Assembly (NCBI RefSeq): GCF_004010195.1 | Contig: NC_057718.1 | Coordinates: 102,160,079-102,224,078, forward strand | Source of the DNA: Chiloscyllium plagiosum | Taxonomy: Eukaryota | Length of the DNA: 64,000 nt | Reading direction: 5' to 3' | Part shown: positions 1 through 13,367 of the stretch, piece after piece | Position numbering within the stretch: the first letter of the stretch is position 1 | How the letters are laid out: the number at the start of each line of letters is the position of its first letter | Position numbers and translations under genes: made by a program | The notes under the pieces: model-generated | Told to the model about the DNA's origin: nothing | The model's database searches: none | Seen by the model: the letters and a program-made list of their open reading frames with translations, nothing else

Positions 1-167
1 TAAGAAAGAGTTGGGTAGAGCTCTCAAGGATAGTGGAATCAAGGGTTATGGAGATAAGGCAGGAACAGGATACTGATTGAGGATGATCAGCCATATGAAT
101 AATGAATGGTGGTGCAGGCTCGAAGGGCAGAATGGCCTACTCCTGCACCTATTGTCTATTGTCTATA
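1..167 (+). mobile_element. CR1-clade LINE 3' end
   Basis: End of ORF2 (GIKGYG-like), 3'UTR motif GGCTCGAAGGGCAGAATGGCCTACTCCTG and a short (ATTGTCT)n tail. Confidence 0.8.
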
Positions 168-654
168 GGTGCACTTAACCCCACACAGCCCACAACCCAT
201 GAAGGACGCAGCTCAACACGATTTTCTCAAGGACAATTGGGGGATAGGCAATAAACACTGGTCTTTCCTGCAACATCCATCCAACCTGTGAATGGATATG
301 TATCGATAAAATGTTTGGAAAATCAAGACATCTCCCTGCCATGGTCTGGAGCTTTGGTGAGACAGCAGCTGGAAACCTGTGCAATCCCCGATCCCTGCAC
401 AGACCCAGTGAAATCCTGTAGAGCGTGGTGTTCCTATCCATCTGCTGCCCTTTTCCTTCTAGATGATAGCGGTTGTGAATTTGGAAAGTCTTCTCATCAG
501 CATAATGCAGTACATTGTGCTGTTCCTTATTCTCTCTCAGCTTCATCCAATTCTTCATTGAAATCCTCTTCCAGAAATAGCATGGACCTCAGAGATCCAC
601 ACAATTCCATAAAACCCAGAGGGAACGTGGATCTTGTGTATAGCGTTTTTTTTT

Positions 655-820
655 TCTTTATTCATTCATGAGATGAGGGCATCGCTGGCTAGGCCAGCAT
701 TTATTGCCCAGAGGGTGATTGAGAGTCAACCCCATCATTGTGGGTCTGGAGTCACATACAGGCCGGGTAAGGATGGCAGTTTCCTTCCTGAAAGGACACT
801 AGTGAACCAGATGGGTTTGT
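655..820 (-). mobile_element. SINE/LINE-tail fragment (family with GGGCAATAAATGCTGGCC tail)
   Basis: Reverse complement of the motifs also seen at 17440-17770, 52060-52300 and 55215-55500. Confidence 0.6.
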
Positions 821-825
821 TTCCC

Positions 826-1140
826 GGCACGGCGGCTCAGTGGTTAGCACTGCTGCCTTACAGCACCATGGACCCGGGTTCAATTCCCACCTCGGGCAAC
901 TGTCTGTGTGGAGTTTGCACATTCTCCCCGTGTCTGCGTGGATTTCCTCTGGGTGCTCCGGTTTCCTCCCACAGTCCAAAAAAAATGTGCAGGTTAGGTG
1001 AATTGGCCAGGCTAAATTGCCCGTAGTGTTAGGTAAAGGGGTAAATGTAGGGGAATGGGTCTGGATGGGTTGTTCTTCAGAGGGTCAGTGTGGACTTGTT
1101 GGGCTGAAGGGCCTGTTTCCACACTGTAAGTAATCTAATT
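826..1140 (+). mobile_element. HE1-type V-SINE
   Basis: tRNA-like A/B boxes (GGCTCAGTGG, GGTTCAATTCC), V-domain TGTGTGGAGTTTGCACATTCTCCCC, CR1-like 3' end, TAATC tail. Confidence 0.9.
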
Positions 1141-1334
1141 CTCTGCCTAAGAGAGATGTGGACGTATCACCACTGAATATATTTAAGCTTGAAGTGGTTT
1201 TATTTTGGTCTTTCAGAGAATCGGTGAGACACAGGGAGTGGGCAGGAAAATGGAGTTGAAGCCTAAAACCAACCATGATCCAACTGAATTGGCTGCACGT
1301 CTGCTCCCACTGCTTTTGTTTCTCAGGTTAAAGG

Positions 1335-1530
1335 TGTATCCCTCAACTCAGTATCAAATTACAAACACAGGTGATGTAATAAATACCTGTATGTGGGAGC
1401 TTGCTGTGTCATGTAGAATGTCTGTTGCCGTTCCTACAATGCAACAATGGCTGGACTGGCCGTGCAAAGCTTTGAGAGGCACTGAGGTCGTGTGTGGTGC
1501 TACTGAAATGCAATTTGCTCTTTCTTTCTG
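1335..1530 (+). mobile_element. Deu-domain SINE (SacSINE1/AmnSINE-like) 3' part, old
   Basis: TGTGGGAGCTTGCTGTG ... CCTACAATGCAACA ... AAAGCTTTGAG ... TGAGGTCGTG ... AAATGCAA motifs. Confidence 0.5.
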
Positions 1531-2899
1531 CAAAGAGGTTGTGAGCTGAATCCCGTTGTCTGGGGCAGAGGGCCATAGTGAGGCTCCACTGCCCAAGGGA
1601 TGGTGCTAATCACTGAGTCCCTTCACCCTGTCTGTAAGGGGTGGGAGAGTCTGGCAAATAGCTCACACAAGGGAATTTGCAGACTCTCTGAATCCACTTC
1701 TCAGAATGTAGTGCCCCTGAGGAACCTGACCCCTCGTCAACTCAATCCTGTGAGGATGTGCTTTCCTCACTGGTGATGGGAAGACTGCACCCATCATGTC
1801 TTTGTCCTTCAAGTCAAAGGATTATGCACAAAGCTAAGGTGATGAACAATGAGGGATCTTGAAGCAATTTCTACATTATCAAAGTAGAATGAAGCTGCAC
1901 AGCATTTCGCAGAGACGCTTTTATCTTGCAACTGAAATTGGTCGAGATGTGACGGATATAACTATGTCCTCATTCAATATCACAATTTCTTCCCAGGAAC
2001 ACTGGCGGTTACAAGGTGGTGGAATATACTGTAAGTACTTCTAAAGCACACTGTCTGCTCCTTCAAAGGAACTGTATGTACCAGGTCAACATGAAGCCTA
2101 ATTGTCCTAATACACTCATAATATCAATGTGGGGTTGTGTCAACAAGTTAGCTTAATTTCCAGCAATCTGCTCCTGTTGTTTGATAGTTAATTACACATA
2201 GTTAAAACACACTACATGCAATTCAGGCTACACCATGGTTATGGCGCTCCACACAATCATCCTTCCACTCTTTTTCATCTCACCCTGTGGCCAGTATTTA
2301 GTACGTTGTGGACTGGGTGACTGACCCATCTCCTCTCCCTAACAATAACATTTTCTGGATTAAGATCCAATCAGCCATTTAAGACACAGAGAGAGAGAGA
2401 GAGAGAGAGACGTTTTGGGGGCTGAAACAGTAAGAAAGATCGGTGCTTTTGGTTCAGGTCTTGCAGGGTGGGATGGAGAGGGCAGGGGAGGGGGGCAGTG
2501 GTCGGGGTGTCGAGGGATGGGCAGGGAGGTGGCCCCTCAGCTGAGGTAAATGGAGACTCCCACCTCCTTTGTGTGTCCTCACCCCTCCCCGACGGGCAGC
2601 TCATGCCTGTTCCCCACAATTTGTTCTTTTCTCACCTGATGAAGGTAGTCATCAGTGCAGGTGGTCTTTAACTGGCTATTTACATGTTTTAATTTAACTG
2701 TTTTAATAACAGTTCAGGAAAGTTCCTAAAGGACCTCCTTGGGCAATGCTTAGTTGTTAAGGTGGGGCGTGAGAAGGGGGTAAATACTTTCCCAGGGCCA
2801 ACATGCCCAATTATCTGCCCTTCCCACCCCCTGCCTTGCTACTTCCATGGAGGCTTAATCTCACTCCATTTCTCTGCCTCCAAGCTGCAGTGAGTATAA

Positions 2900-3310
2900 T
2901 AAAGACTTACATTTCTATAGCAGCCGATCCAACATCAGGGCCCATCAAGGTGCCTTACAGTCAACGGAGTCTCTATTTTTGCGGTGGGGTCACTGTTGTA
3001 ATGTAGAAAACACAGCAGCCATTTCACGCACAATAAGCTCCCACAACCAGTCACATGACAATGACCTACTCATCGTTTATTTTTGTGCTGTCGATTGAGG
3101 TACAAATTGTGGCCAGCCCAGCCCCGAGAGATATCCCCTGCCTTTCTCTGAAATAGTGCCACAGATTGGGTTACCAGTACCTGAGAGCCCAGCAAGGGCC
3201 TGGGTTGAACATCTTATCTGGAAGGTAGCACCTCTAACAGTGTAGCACTCCCTCTGTTGTGCATTAGCTTACATGTTTGAGTTCAGCCATCAGAGTGAGA
3301 TTTGAATGCC
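2900..3310 (-). mobile_element. Deu-domain SINE, old
   Basis: GTCACTGTTGTAATGTAG, AAGCTCCCACA and ACAGTGTAGCACTCCCTC match the reverse complement of the other copies. Confidence 0.55.
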
Positions 3311-3773
3311 CATCCTCTGACTATACTGTCCTCTGACTGTATCATATACCTCACCTACAGTATACCTCACCTACCATGCACCTTAACTACTATAAACCTC
3401 AACCATTATTTCCCTCAACAACTTGAGATAGGGAGTAGCTGCTCACCAGCTGTAGGTAAGAAAATGCCTCATATTGAGTTAGTACAGGTCGGTGATGTTT
3501 CAGCCCAATAATTTACCTTTGTGTTAAGAAACAATCTCATAATAAGTATCATAATAAAAGCAGAATACTGAACATCTGAAGCAATCACAGCAAATGCGGG
3601 AGAAACTCAACTGGTCTGGCAGCATGAAGGAAAGAGAGAAACCGAGTTAATGTTTCGGATCCAATATGATTCCTTGTAGTGTGCTTATGCAACTTGATAA
3701 TGACCAGATAATGTTTGACATCACACAGCTGCACACGCCAATGTGTCACAACATTAACCTTCTCTCTGATCTG

Positions 3774-3965
3774 GGCAAAAGTGAGGACTGCAGATGCTGG
3801 AGATCCGAGTCAAGATTAGAGTGGTGCTGGAAAAGCACAGCAGGTCAGGCAGCATCTGAGGAGCAGGAGAATCAATGTTTCAAGATGAAGGGCTTTTGCC
3901 CGAAACGTCGATTTTCCTGCTCCTCGGATGCTGCCTGACCTGCTGTACCTTTCCAGCACTACCCA
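3774..3965. mobile_element. Penelope-like mini-insertion, inverted pLTR arms, 15-bp TSD
   Basis: Arms are reverse complements; TSD CTTCTCTCTGATCTG at 3759-3773 and 3966-3980; damaged hammerhead core AAGATGAAGGGCTTTTGCCCGAAACGTC. Confidence 0.8.
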
Positions 3966-4070
3966 CTTCTCTCTGATCTGCTCTGTACTCTATGAAATAC
4001 CTCTTTCTTTTCTCATATTTGAAATATTCCAGTCTTCCTCCACCTCCAGTCCGACACTGCTCCACTGAGA

Positions 4071-4186
4071 TAGGAGAAAGTGAGGACTGCAGATGCTGGA
4101 GATCAGAGTCGAGAATCAGAATTGCGATTCTCCTGCTCCTGGGATGCTGTCTGACCTGCTGTGCTTTTCCAGCACCACACTCTCAA
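4071..4186. mobile_element. Penelope-like mini-insertion, ~11-bp TSD
   Basis: Same family as 3774; TSD CTCCACTGAGA at 4060-4070 and 4187-4197. Confidence 0.75.
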
Positions 4187-5079
4187 CTCCACTGAGAGAT
4201 AGCTGTCCTTGAGGCAACATTGGGTGACCATTCATGTCCACCTGGAGAGGACAGACAGGGTTAGCATCTCACCTGAAGGACTGTACATCGGACAGGGCAG
4301 CACTCCCTCAGCACTGCACTCAAGTGTGAACTTTGACCGTTGCTCTCACCTCCCTGCAGTGGATCCTAATCACGGAGTTGTCAGGTTGTCAGGCAGTATT
4401 TTCACACATAGACTCACAGCTGGTACACACAGGTTTATCATCAGCTCCGCACTGTTGACCTCATTCCTTGTCATTAATCAAAGCCTTTCTACCTTCTGGC
4501 AAATTCTAGGAAAGGCACAGCAACTCGTTCCAGGCAGGATAAGGTTAAACTCCATTTTGTTTGCGAATAAAGGCTGACCTTAAAACGTCTAACAAATGGC
4601 AAATGAGGCAATAAAATGCATCTATGTCTTCGTTATTTACAGCACAGTGAAATACTGCACAGCTATTAAATCCTGAAGGGAAAGCTTGTGGCCAGGTAAG
4701 TGGCTGATTCTCTGGGACAGATGGATAACCTCCCCTGGTGATTGATAACATTGACAGCATTACGGGAAGGAGCTATTCATCTGACATTTGAATGTGTGAT
4801 CCCATCCGTATAGCTCCAGGGCCACAGAAACATTTTAAAGGCTTAAAGCAGTTCAGTTTGTACAACACTTAAGGTTTAAAACAAATCCTGAGGCAGCAAG
4901 GCAAGCAGCAATTCAGTCACATCACTTTAAGGTTCAGATCTCAGCTGTTTGGTTGAAAACCAGAAAGAATGGGAAAGGGTCCCCATTTTCTGTCCCACTA
5001 TAAGCATCAGACATTCCACCTCCCTTCAATAATTTGACGGCAATCTCCAATCTGCTTTTATTCCAGATAAAAGCACTGT

Positions 5080-5364
5080 GGGCGGCACGGTGGCACAGTG
5101 GTTAGCACTGTTGCCTCACAGCGGCAGAGACCCGGGTTCAATTCCCGCGACTGACTGTGTGGAGTTTGCACGTTCTCCCTGTGTCTGCGTGGGTGTGCTC
5201 CGGTTTCCTCCCACAATCCAAAGATGTGTGGGTCAGGTGAATTGGCCATGCTAAATTGCCCATAGTGTTAGGTTAAGGGGTAAATATAGGGGTATGGGTG
5301 GGTGGTGGGTCGGTGTGGACTTGTTGGGCCGAAGTGCCTGTTTCCACACTACAAGTAATCTAAT
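5080..5364 (+). mobile_element. HE1-type V-SINE
   Basis: Full head, V-domain and tail. Confidence 0.9.
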
Positions 5365-5554
5365 TTCTATAAGTTATTCACACAGCATCCAAGCTGGTTT
5401 GCCACTGATATGTTCTTTGGTCTTAGGTATAAGTGCAGCAATCAGTTGATGAAACAATAACACGGTCTCCTATTTAAAGCTAAATCTATTTACAGATAGC
5501 ATTCACTGAGAGCTAAGTAAAAAGGTAAAGTCTCCATAAATCTCTCCCTCTCAT

Positions 5555-5898
5555 TGGAGTGAGACAGTGTGTGTGTGAAAGTCAGAGAGAGAGAGAGACA
5601 GACAGACAGACAGCATGTGTGTGAGAGTAAGTGTGTGTGAGTGAGTGAGTGCGTGTGTGTAAGAGATGAGAGAGAGCGCGCTGGTCTGTGTGTGAGAAAG
5701 AGAACATGTGAGATTGTGTGTGTATGTGAGCGTGAGAATGAGAATAAATGTGTGTGTGAGTCTGAGCGAGTGAGAATGTGTATGTGAGAGCGTGAATGCA
5801 TGAGAGAGGGAGTGTGTGTGTATGTGTGAGAGAGGGNNNNNNNNNNNNNNNNNNNNNNNNNNNNNNTGTGTGTGTGTGTGAGAGAGAGAGAGTGAGAA
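5555..5898. repeat. Compound (GT)n/(GA)n low-complexity repeat with a 30-N gap (5837-5866)
   Basis: Direct reading. Confidence 0.95.
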
Positions 5899-6311
5899 TG
5901 CCCAACCTAGCATAGCCTGATGGAAGTCCTGGGTGTATGATGGGTAAAAGATTTGTCCAGGACTTTTTTCCATAACAATTGATATTCATTGTGTTAAGCC
6001 AAAGCATTGATTGCCGATGCTGTCTTGACTTAAATATCATTTCAAATCCCAGCTTGTGAGGAGTGACTAACGATAAGGTTTAGCTTCAACATGCTTACAC
6101 TGCACAGAAAGCTTGGACAGTTACTGAACGCTGATCCCCCTCGCTATGACCAACATGTTTTAAAATCTTGTTATTTGTTAGTCCCGTCTAACACTTCACT
6201 GTTAAAGCTGCTTCATGGCACTTTGCAACACACAGTCAATCCACACACAGACAAGCCGCAAACAACACTGGACGATACAGCAGAATTAAAGTTTCCCTAA
6301 ATATCAGTCAC

Positions 6312-6372
6312 CTTCCTTCTCTTCACACTAAAAATCAATTCACAATAGTCGCACCAACCATTAGTGTGGAAA
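6312..6372 (-). CDS. Weak candidate exon (phase 2 to 0; S-FHTNGWCDYCELIFSVKRRK)
   Basis: Acceptor cttttctcttttatgttctcag, donor AAG/gtgact; phase fits after exon 13270-13367. Confidence 0.25.
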
Positions 6373-6737
6373 CTGAGAACATAAAAGAGAAAAGTGGTTT
6401 TGACTTTCCCAACCACAGCTGACGCATGTCACATAATTTATAGACTGAAGCACAGACTCAAGGTTAGTGGGGGAACATGTAAACCACTTGCTCCATGTTT
6501 ACTGAGCCCCAGTGAACCGAGGCTGCTCAGACAGAACCAAATATATAGATTTCCTCACAGTGCAAAGGAAATAACTGGTAAGATCCACAAAACAGTTTGG
6601 TTTTGAATGGATGAGGAATGACTACAACTGTGAGGTGAACACACATCAACGCTGGGACAATCAGTACTGAAGTGCTAATGAATTATTTATTCATAGTTTT
6701 TATAATCCTGACATCTCCTAAAAACATCTTCACACAC

Positions 6738-9403
6738 TCCGCTGCAGACGATGGGGGTCGATGTCACGGAGGACCTCAAGGAGGTGAAGAGCCAGCAAGC
6801 CTCGCTCTTTGCCTCGGAGGCCTCCAAGATAATCTTCCGGTCCAGGGTCCGCTCGGTGGAGCAGGACGAGACGTGTTCACGTTTCTTCTTCCAGAAGCTC
6901 CACAAAGAGAGCTCCGTGCTCAGCAGCCTGAAGGAAGAAGATGGCTCGATAATGTCATCTCAGGCTGACGTCATGAGGATCAGTAAATCCTTCTATGCCA
7001 GTGTGTATGACGCGAAGCCGACCGACAGCGCGGCCTCCCAGTCGTTCCTGTCCTCTATCACGGAGGTCTTAGGACGACAGAACACGGGAGAGGCTGGACC
7101 AACCGCTATCTCTGGATGAGCTGACCAAGGCCCTCGAGTCCTTCGAAAAGAATAAAACTCCCGGAAGCGACGGCTTACCAGTCGAGCTCTATTCCGCTCT
7201 GTGGGACTTGATTGGCCAGGACCTGCTGGAGGTGTATGTCAGTATGCTTCGGGCAGGTACCATGAGTGAATCCATGAGGAAAGGCATCATCACCCTAGTC
7301 TACAAGCGGAAGGGGGAGAGGGAGGCACTCAAAAATTGGAGACGAATCTCACTGTTGAATGCGGATTACAAAATTCTGTCAAAGGTTATCGCCAACCGGG
7401 TCAGGTCTGCTCTAGGGTCGGTGATTCACCCTGACCAAACCTGTGCTGTTGCCGGGCAGGAAGATCGCTGACAGTCTCGCACTTCTTAGGGATACGATCG
7501 CCTACGTGCAGGACAGAGGGTTGGACACCTGCCTCATCAGCCTGGACCAGGTGAAAGCCTTTGACAGGATATCACGCACATATATGAAAGATATCCTCTC
7601 CAAAATGGGCTTTGGGGAGGGAATCTGCAATTGGATCAGACTGTTCTACACCAACATTGTCAGTGCAGTCTCAATCAATGGGTGGGAATCAGATAGCTTC
7701 CCAGTCAGATCTGGAGTCAGGCAGGGCTGCCCTCTCTCTCCTGCCTTGTTTGTGTGCTGCATAGAGCCATTTGCCGAGTCCATCAGGAAGGATGCGAGCC
7801 TGAGAGGGGTGACTATTCCTGGCAGCGGGGGCCTGCAGGTTAAGGCCTCCCTGTACATGGATGACGTCGCCGTTTTCTGTTTGGATTCGCTGTCCGTGCA
7901 CAGACTCATGTGCATATGTGACCAGTTCGAACGGGCCAAGGGAGCCAAGGTAAACCGAGGCAAGAGCGAGGCCATGCTCTTTGGGAACTGGGCCGACCAG
8001 TCCTCGATCCCCTTCACCGTCAGGACAGACCACCTGAAGGTGCTGGGTATTTGGTTCGGGGGGGCTGGAGCGTGTGCCAAGTCTTGGGAGGACCGTATCA
8101 GCAAAGTGAGGCAGAAACTGGGCAGATGGAAACTACGGTCGCTCTCCATCGCGGGTTAAAACCTGGTCATCAGGTGTGAGGCACTGTCATTGTTGTTATA
8201 CGTGGCACAGGTCTGGCCTATTCCCAGAACCTGTGCCGCTGCAGTCACCTGGGACTCCTTCCAATTTATATGGAGATCAAAGATGGACCGGGTCCAAAGG
8301 GATTCGATGTATAAAGCTCTGGGGAACGGGGGAAAAAATACACCCAATGCCACCCTCACCCTGATGGCCACCTTTGTGTGTGGCTGCATCAAGCTGTGCA
8401 TGGATCCCCGGTACGCAAACACCAAGTGTCACTACATACTGAGTGTCACCTGTTCCGGTGTTGCGAAGGATGGGCCTGGCCTCGCTGCTGCGGAACACTC
8501 CGAGTAGTGGGACCGTTCCGTATCACCTGTCCTTCGTGGAGAAGTTTATGAAGAAAAACACCTTTGACCACAAGTCCATCAGGAAGTGGTCAGCACGTAG
8601 TGTCCTTGAGACCCTTCGGGAAAAGGAGAGGGCGGATCCTATCGAGCGGTTCCCTGAGCAGACTGTCAAAGCCATTTGGCAGAATGCCTCATCGCCAGAA
8701 CTTTCCAACAAGCAACAAGTCATGGCTTGGCTGGTGGTGAGAAGGGCTCTGCCTGTGAGATCCTTTATGCACGCCCGGACTCAGCCGCACCGCCGCTGCC
8801 CTCGAAGCGGCTGCGGGAGAGGGACGAGACTGTCACACACCTCCTTCTGGAATGTGCCTACGCAGAGGAAGTCTGGAGAGGAATGCAGTGGTGTTTGTCA
8901 AGGTTCGTCCCGAGCAGTGCCGTGACGCAGGACTCCGTGCTCTACGGTCTGTTCCCTGGGGCGCACACTGAGACGAACATCAACTGTGCCTGGAGGATCA
9001 TCAACTCGGTGAAGGACGCTCTTTGGGCGCTCCGAAACCTGCTGATCTTCCAGCTCAAGGAGTTGACTCCGACTGAGTGTTGCAGACTGGCACATTCCAA
9101 GGTCCAGGACTACGTGTTGAGGGACACGCTGAAGCTTGGGTCAGCTGCTGCCAAGACACGATGGGGAAAGACCACCGTGTAACATCTGCCTGCCGAAGAA
9201 GAATAGGGGGCCCACCCAGTCATTTGGGCTCTGCTGACGCCTCAGCAGAAGAGCTGGATAATAAATGTACAGACTTGTATATAGGAAAATTAAATTTCGA
9301 TGTCTGTATGTGAAGCAATGTAACGTGTGCACAAGAATGGCATGACCAATTTTAAAGAGATCCAAATAATTTTATGAATAAAGTATATTTTTGAAATAAA
9401 AAA
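6738..9403 (+). mobile_element. Tx1/L1-clade LINE, 5'-truncated, frameshifted ORF2 (RT plus C-terminal zinc finger)
   Basis: Motifs PGSDGLP, NWRRISLLNADYKILSK, GVRQGCPLSPALF, YMDD, CPRSGC...ETVTHLLLEC; AATAAA and A-tail at ~9378-9403; degenerate ~15-bp TSD aaaacatcttcacac (6721) / aaaagatcgtcacac (9400). Confidence 0.92.
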
Positions 9404-9687
9404 GATCGTCACACCCCTATTCAATATTCGCTAAAGGTCAGTGATGGGAAATTTGCAAATAATTCATCTCATTGAACAGAAAATGTTCACAGTGACCAAT
9501 CAATCTGTTATGAGGAATCAAGTCAGAAAAGTGTTGACTTCAAGGAATACTTCGACCAGATATGACCCAATCCCTATTTTAATTTCATATTACTCGTCTA
9601 CATTGTGTTTATATCATAAATTAAACTCAGTACATACAGGAGACATTTCATTGTAGTCATTACATGTACCGCAGGCCAGCTACTAAG

Positions 9688-10045
9688 AGGTCATAGAGTC
9701 ACAGAGATGTACAACACAGAAATAGACCCTTTGGTCCAACTCGTCCATGCTGACCAGATATCCTAAATTAATCTATGCCTATTTGCCAGCACTTGGCCCA
9801 TATCCGTCTAAACCCTTCCTATTCATGTCCCCATCCAAATGCTGTAATTGTAACAGCCTCCAACACTTCCTCTGGCAGCTCATTTCATACGCACACCACT
9901 CTCTGTGTAAAAAATGTGCCTCTTAGGTTCCTTTTAAATCCTTCCCCTCTCACTCTGAACCTATGCCCTCTAGTTTTTGACTCCTCTACCATGGAGAAAA
10001 GAGACCTTGACTATTCAGCCCTAACCATACCGCTCATGATTTTCC
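9688..10045 (-). mobile_element. CR1 LINE 3' fragment
   Basis: CATAGAGT tail and 3'UTR ACCCTTTGGTCCAACTCGTCCATGC. Confidence 0.85.
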
Positions 10046-11544
10046 TGTGATGCAGTGGGATGCTTCCCCGTCTCTGATTCAGAAACTCTCAGTTCTTGTC
10101 CCACTCCAGGAGCCAAGGAAAGTGTGTTTGAATTGAGGCCAAGTGGTTTGATAATCAAACTGTAAATCCTTCCTCAGGTGAGTTAATTTAATTTGGAAGT
10201 TCCAGACCAGAAGTGTTTGCTTAGAACCCCGAGGTTTAGTTGAAATCTGACAAGGTTTGAATCTGAGAAAGTCTAAGCTCGTTTGTGTGAATACTCAAGA
10301 AAGAGGCTATCAGATTCTCAAGACTGGGAATTAAGTCACAGTTAAGTCAAACCTAATACAGAAGGGAATCTGCTGGTGTTAATGTAATGTTGTTAGGAGA
10401 GGAGTCTGATCAGCTGACGTGATTACTGGACAAGTCAAATCTCAGATGAAATCTGGTTTTGATGGATTTTTTTTACAATAGGGTGGACTTTCATGGAAAC
10501 ACAAACACACAATGCTGCAGATTTGGATTTAATAATGCAACATAAGCTTATTACAAAAAAGAAATAAAGATAGGATAGAATAAACCAAACTATTTATATA
10601 TAACACAATTTTAAAGATTTAAAAACACACAGTAAAGTACAATATTCCATCTATCCCATCAATAAAAAGAACACAGGACACTGCAATCCTTTTTAGGCAA
10701 AAATAAACCTGACCATTCTGTGAACCTTTTCAATGAGGAAAGGGGAATGGAGACCACTGATTCCTCTTGCATTCCACATAGCAATGAGCCCACCAATCAG
10801 AGTCTACCTGTCTGATCTGAGTTTGATCTGTGAACTGAGATTGACAGTTAACAGTTCCTGCTGCATCTCTATTCCATTTCGACCTAACTCCCCAGCACCC
10901 TCTTCACATCCTGTATAAATTGGTGTTCCCTTTCTCACTCTGGCTTCCTTGTGTCCCAGTTCTGGTGGGTGCAAGAAATCCAATATTGCTTTTGTGTCTC
11001 ATTAGAACTATGTTTAAGTTGGCAAGTTGATTTTAAGTACTCTGTTGTTTCAATTTCTTGGCTTTGACACAATGAAGCCTGTTAACACTACATGGGGAAC
11101 CATTTAGCATGCACTCACTAGTCTGTCAGTATAGAGCACCCCGCCAGATATACAGGGCACACAGCAGCAAGTGGTGAGCTTGGCAGATAACCTTTATTGA
11201 ACTAAGTACCAAAGTTGTGAGCGAGTTCTAATCTTGTATATATTAACTTATGTGTGATTTATGTGACAGTTTCAAATCACCCCACTGTTTCATTGCAAGC
11301 ATGGCAGAACGTGTTGATTAATTCACTTTGACAGAACAAATGCCTGAATACCTCTCTTAAAATGATACTTTTACACAAACAGGTTAAGTTTTAATGATGT
11401 TATCCTGCACAGTTGAACTATCAAACAAAATTCTTTGATTTTACTGCCAAGACAGTTTCAAGGACATCAATCTAGAAAGTGCTTTATGATTCGGAGATCG
11501 ATAAATATAGAAAATAGGTGGAGGAGTAATCAATTTGGCCATAA

Positions 11545-11881
11545 ATGGAAAGGCAGCCAATATTATCAAAGACCCATTGCACACCGGTAGTGCTCTCCTG
11601 CAACCTCTTCCACCAGGAAGACAGTACAAAAGCTTGAACACACACACTAGCTTCTTCCCTGATGAATGGACTCATTAACTTCAAATAATGCTGAACTTGT
11701 CAACGTTGACAAGCACATGTCCTCTGCAATGTAACCGAGATGCCTTACTCTGTCCAAGTTCATTTTCACCTTATGATCTCTATGTCTTTGCTTACTATGA
11801 TCTGCCTGTGCTGCCTTCAAACAAAGCTTTCACTGTATTTAGGTACACATGACCACAAATCAAATCAATCAATCGATCAAT
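11545..11881 (+). mobile_element. Rex1/Babar-clade LINE 3' end
   Basis: ORF-end residue AANIIKDPLHTG..LLQPLPPGRQYKSL; tail AAAGCTTTCACTGTA...(AATC)n. Confidence 0.7.
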
Positions 11882-12186
11882 CTTTAAGCCTGCACCACCA
11901 TTCAATATGATCATGGCTGATCAGGCAATCTCAGTATTCCCATTTTCACTTTCTCTCCATATCCCTTAATCCCTTTAGCCAAAAAGGCTACGTCCCACGC
12001 CCTCTTGAACATTACTAACAAACTGGCCCCAAAATCTTTCTGTGGGAGAGAATTCCACAGGTTTACAACTCTGAGTGAAGAAATTTCTCATCATCTCAGT
12101 CCTGATGACTTACCCATTATACTTAGACTTCCCTAACATCGGAAACATTCTTCCTGCATCTAGCCTGTCTAGTCCCATTAGGATTT
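11882..12186 (-). mobile_element. CR1 LINE 3' fragment
   Basis: CCATTCAATATGATCATGGCTGATC and GAATTCCACAG motifs. Confidence 0.75.
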
Positions 12187-12524
12187 TATGTGCAGTATTT
12201 TGCCCCGGAACACATTAAATGGTTTGGAAATGAGTTGTTCTCCTCCTCTATGCATGTTTGTCTATTCTTTATCACGATGGTACGGGCCACCACCAAGCTG
12301 GTCGAAGTGTGAGAGATCCTTCCTCCCAAAGCCTTTAAGATCCAATTGCTGTAGGTGCTTTGTGACAAGATTTTATTTGGAAGATTCTTTGGTACTGAGC
12401 GAGCCCTTGCATTGCCCTACCATCGTTGGTAAAACAAAATCAGGTCTCACTCACATTTTTCACAAACCTAGAGATTTAGCTTCTCAACTCTGTTTTCAGG
12501 TTCATAAACTAAATGTCCCCAAAT

Positions 12525-13086
12525 AGAATCACACAATGTACAGCTTGGAAACAGACCCTTCGGTCCAATCCTCCATGCCGACCAGATATCCCAACCTAAT
12601 CTAGTCCCATTTGCCAGCACCCGACCCATATCCCTCCAAACCCTTCCTGTTCATATACCCATCCAGATGCCTTTTAAATGTTGCAATTGTACCAGCCTCC
12701 ACCACTTCGTCTGGCAGCTCATTCCAAACACACCACCACCCTCTGTGTGAAAACATTGTCCCTCAGGTCCCTTTTAAATCTTTCCCTTCTCACCTTAAAT
12801 CTATGCCGTCTGGATTTTGACACCCCCACCCTGGGGAAAGGACCTTGACCTTCACCCTATCCATGCCCCTCATGACTTGAAAAATTTCTGTAAGGTCACC
12901 CCTCAGCCTCTGACAGTCCTGTGAAAGCAGCCCCAGCCTATTCAGCCTCTCCCTGTAGCTCAAACCCTCCAACCCCGGCAACATCCTTGTAAATCCTTTC
13001 TGAACCCTTTCAAGTTTCACCACATCTTTCCTACAGCAAGGAGACCAGAATTGAATGCAGTATTCCAAAAATGGTCTAACCAATGA
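12525..13086 (-). mobile_element. CR1 LINE 3' fragment
   Basis: ORF 12790-13140: LVRPFLEYCIQFWSP...LERVQKGFTRMLPG. Confidence 0.92.
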
Positions 13087-13269
13087 CAGAGAGCAGCAGA
13101 AAACCCCTAGAAATGATGTTTGTCTCATACGTTGGAACAAGTAAAGGCTTTTTCAATCAAAAAGCAGGAAGTATCTCGAGAGACAGAAATTTATAGCACA
13201 GAAGAACACCTTTTGAATCCACATTAGCTGAACCACTGTCATGTCACATTTAAAGAGTTATAATCATAC

Positions 13270-13367
13270 CTTGTTAGATTTCTCAGCTCCTCAGCAGTTA
13301 GAGGAGGAGATTTATCGTGAGTGTGAGGATGTGGTTTCATCTCCGGGCAGACAATCTTCACCTTTGG
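13270..13367 (-). CDS. Candidate internal exon of unidentified gene (PKVKIVCPEMKPHPHTHDKSPPLTAEELRNLT, then a split codon)
   Basis: Acceptor ctctctcttgttacag, donor AAG/gtatga, 98 nt, only one open frame, non-repetitive context. Confidence 0.65.

Noticed and set aside
826..900. tRNA genes at SINE heads
   Set aside because: A/B boxes continue into the V-domain and LINE tail; no complete cloverleaf
4418..4505. Minus-strand exon-like segment
   Set aside because: Stops in all three frames
5490..6040. His/Thr/Ser-rich ORFs
   Set aside because: Microsatellite translations
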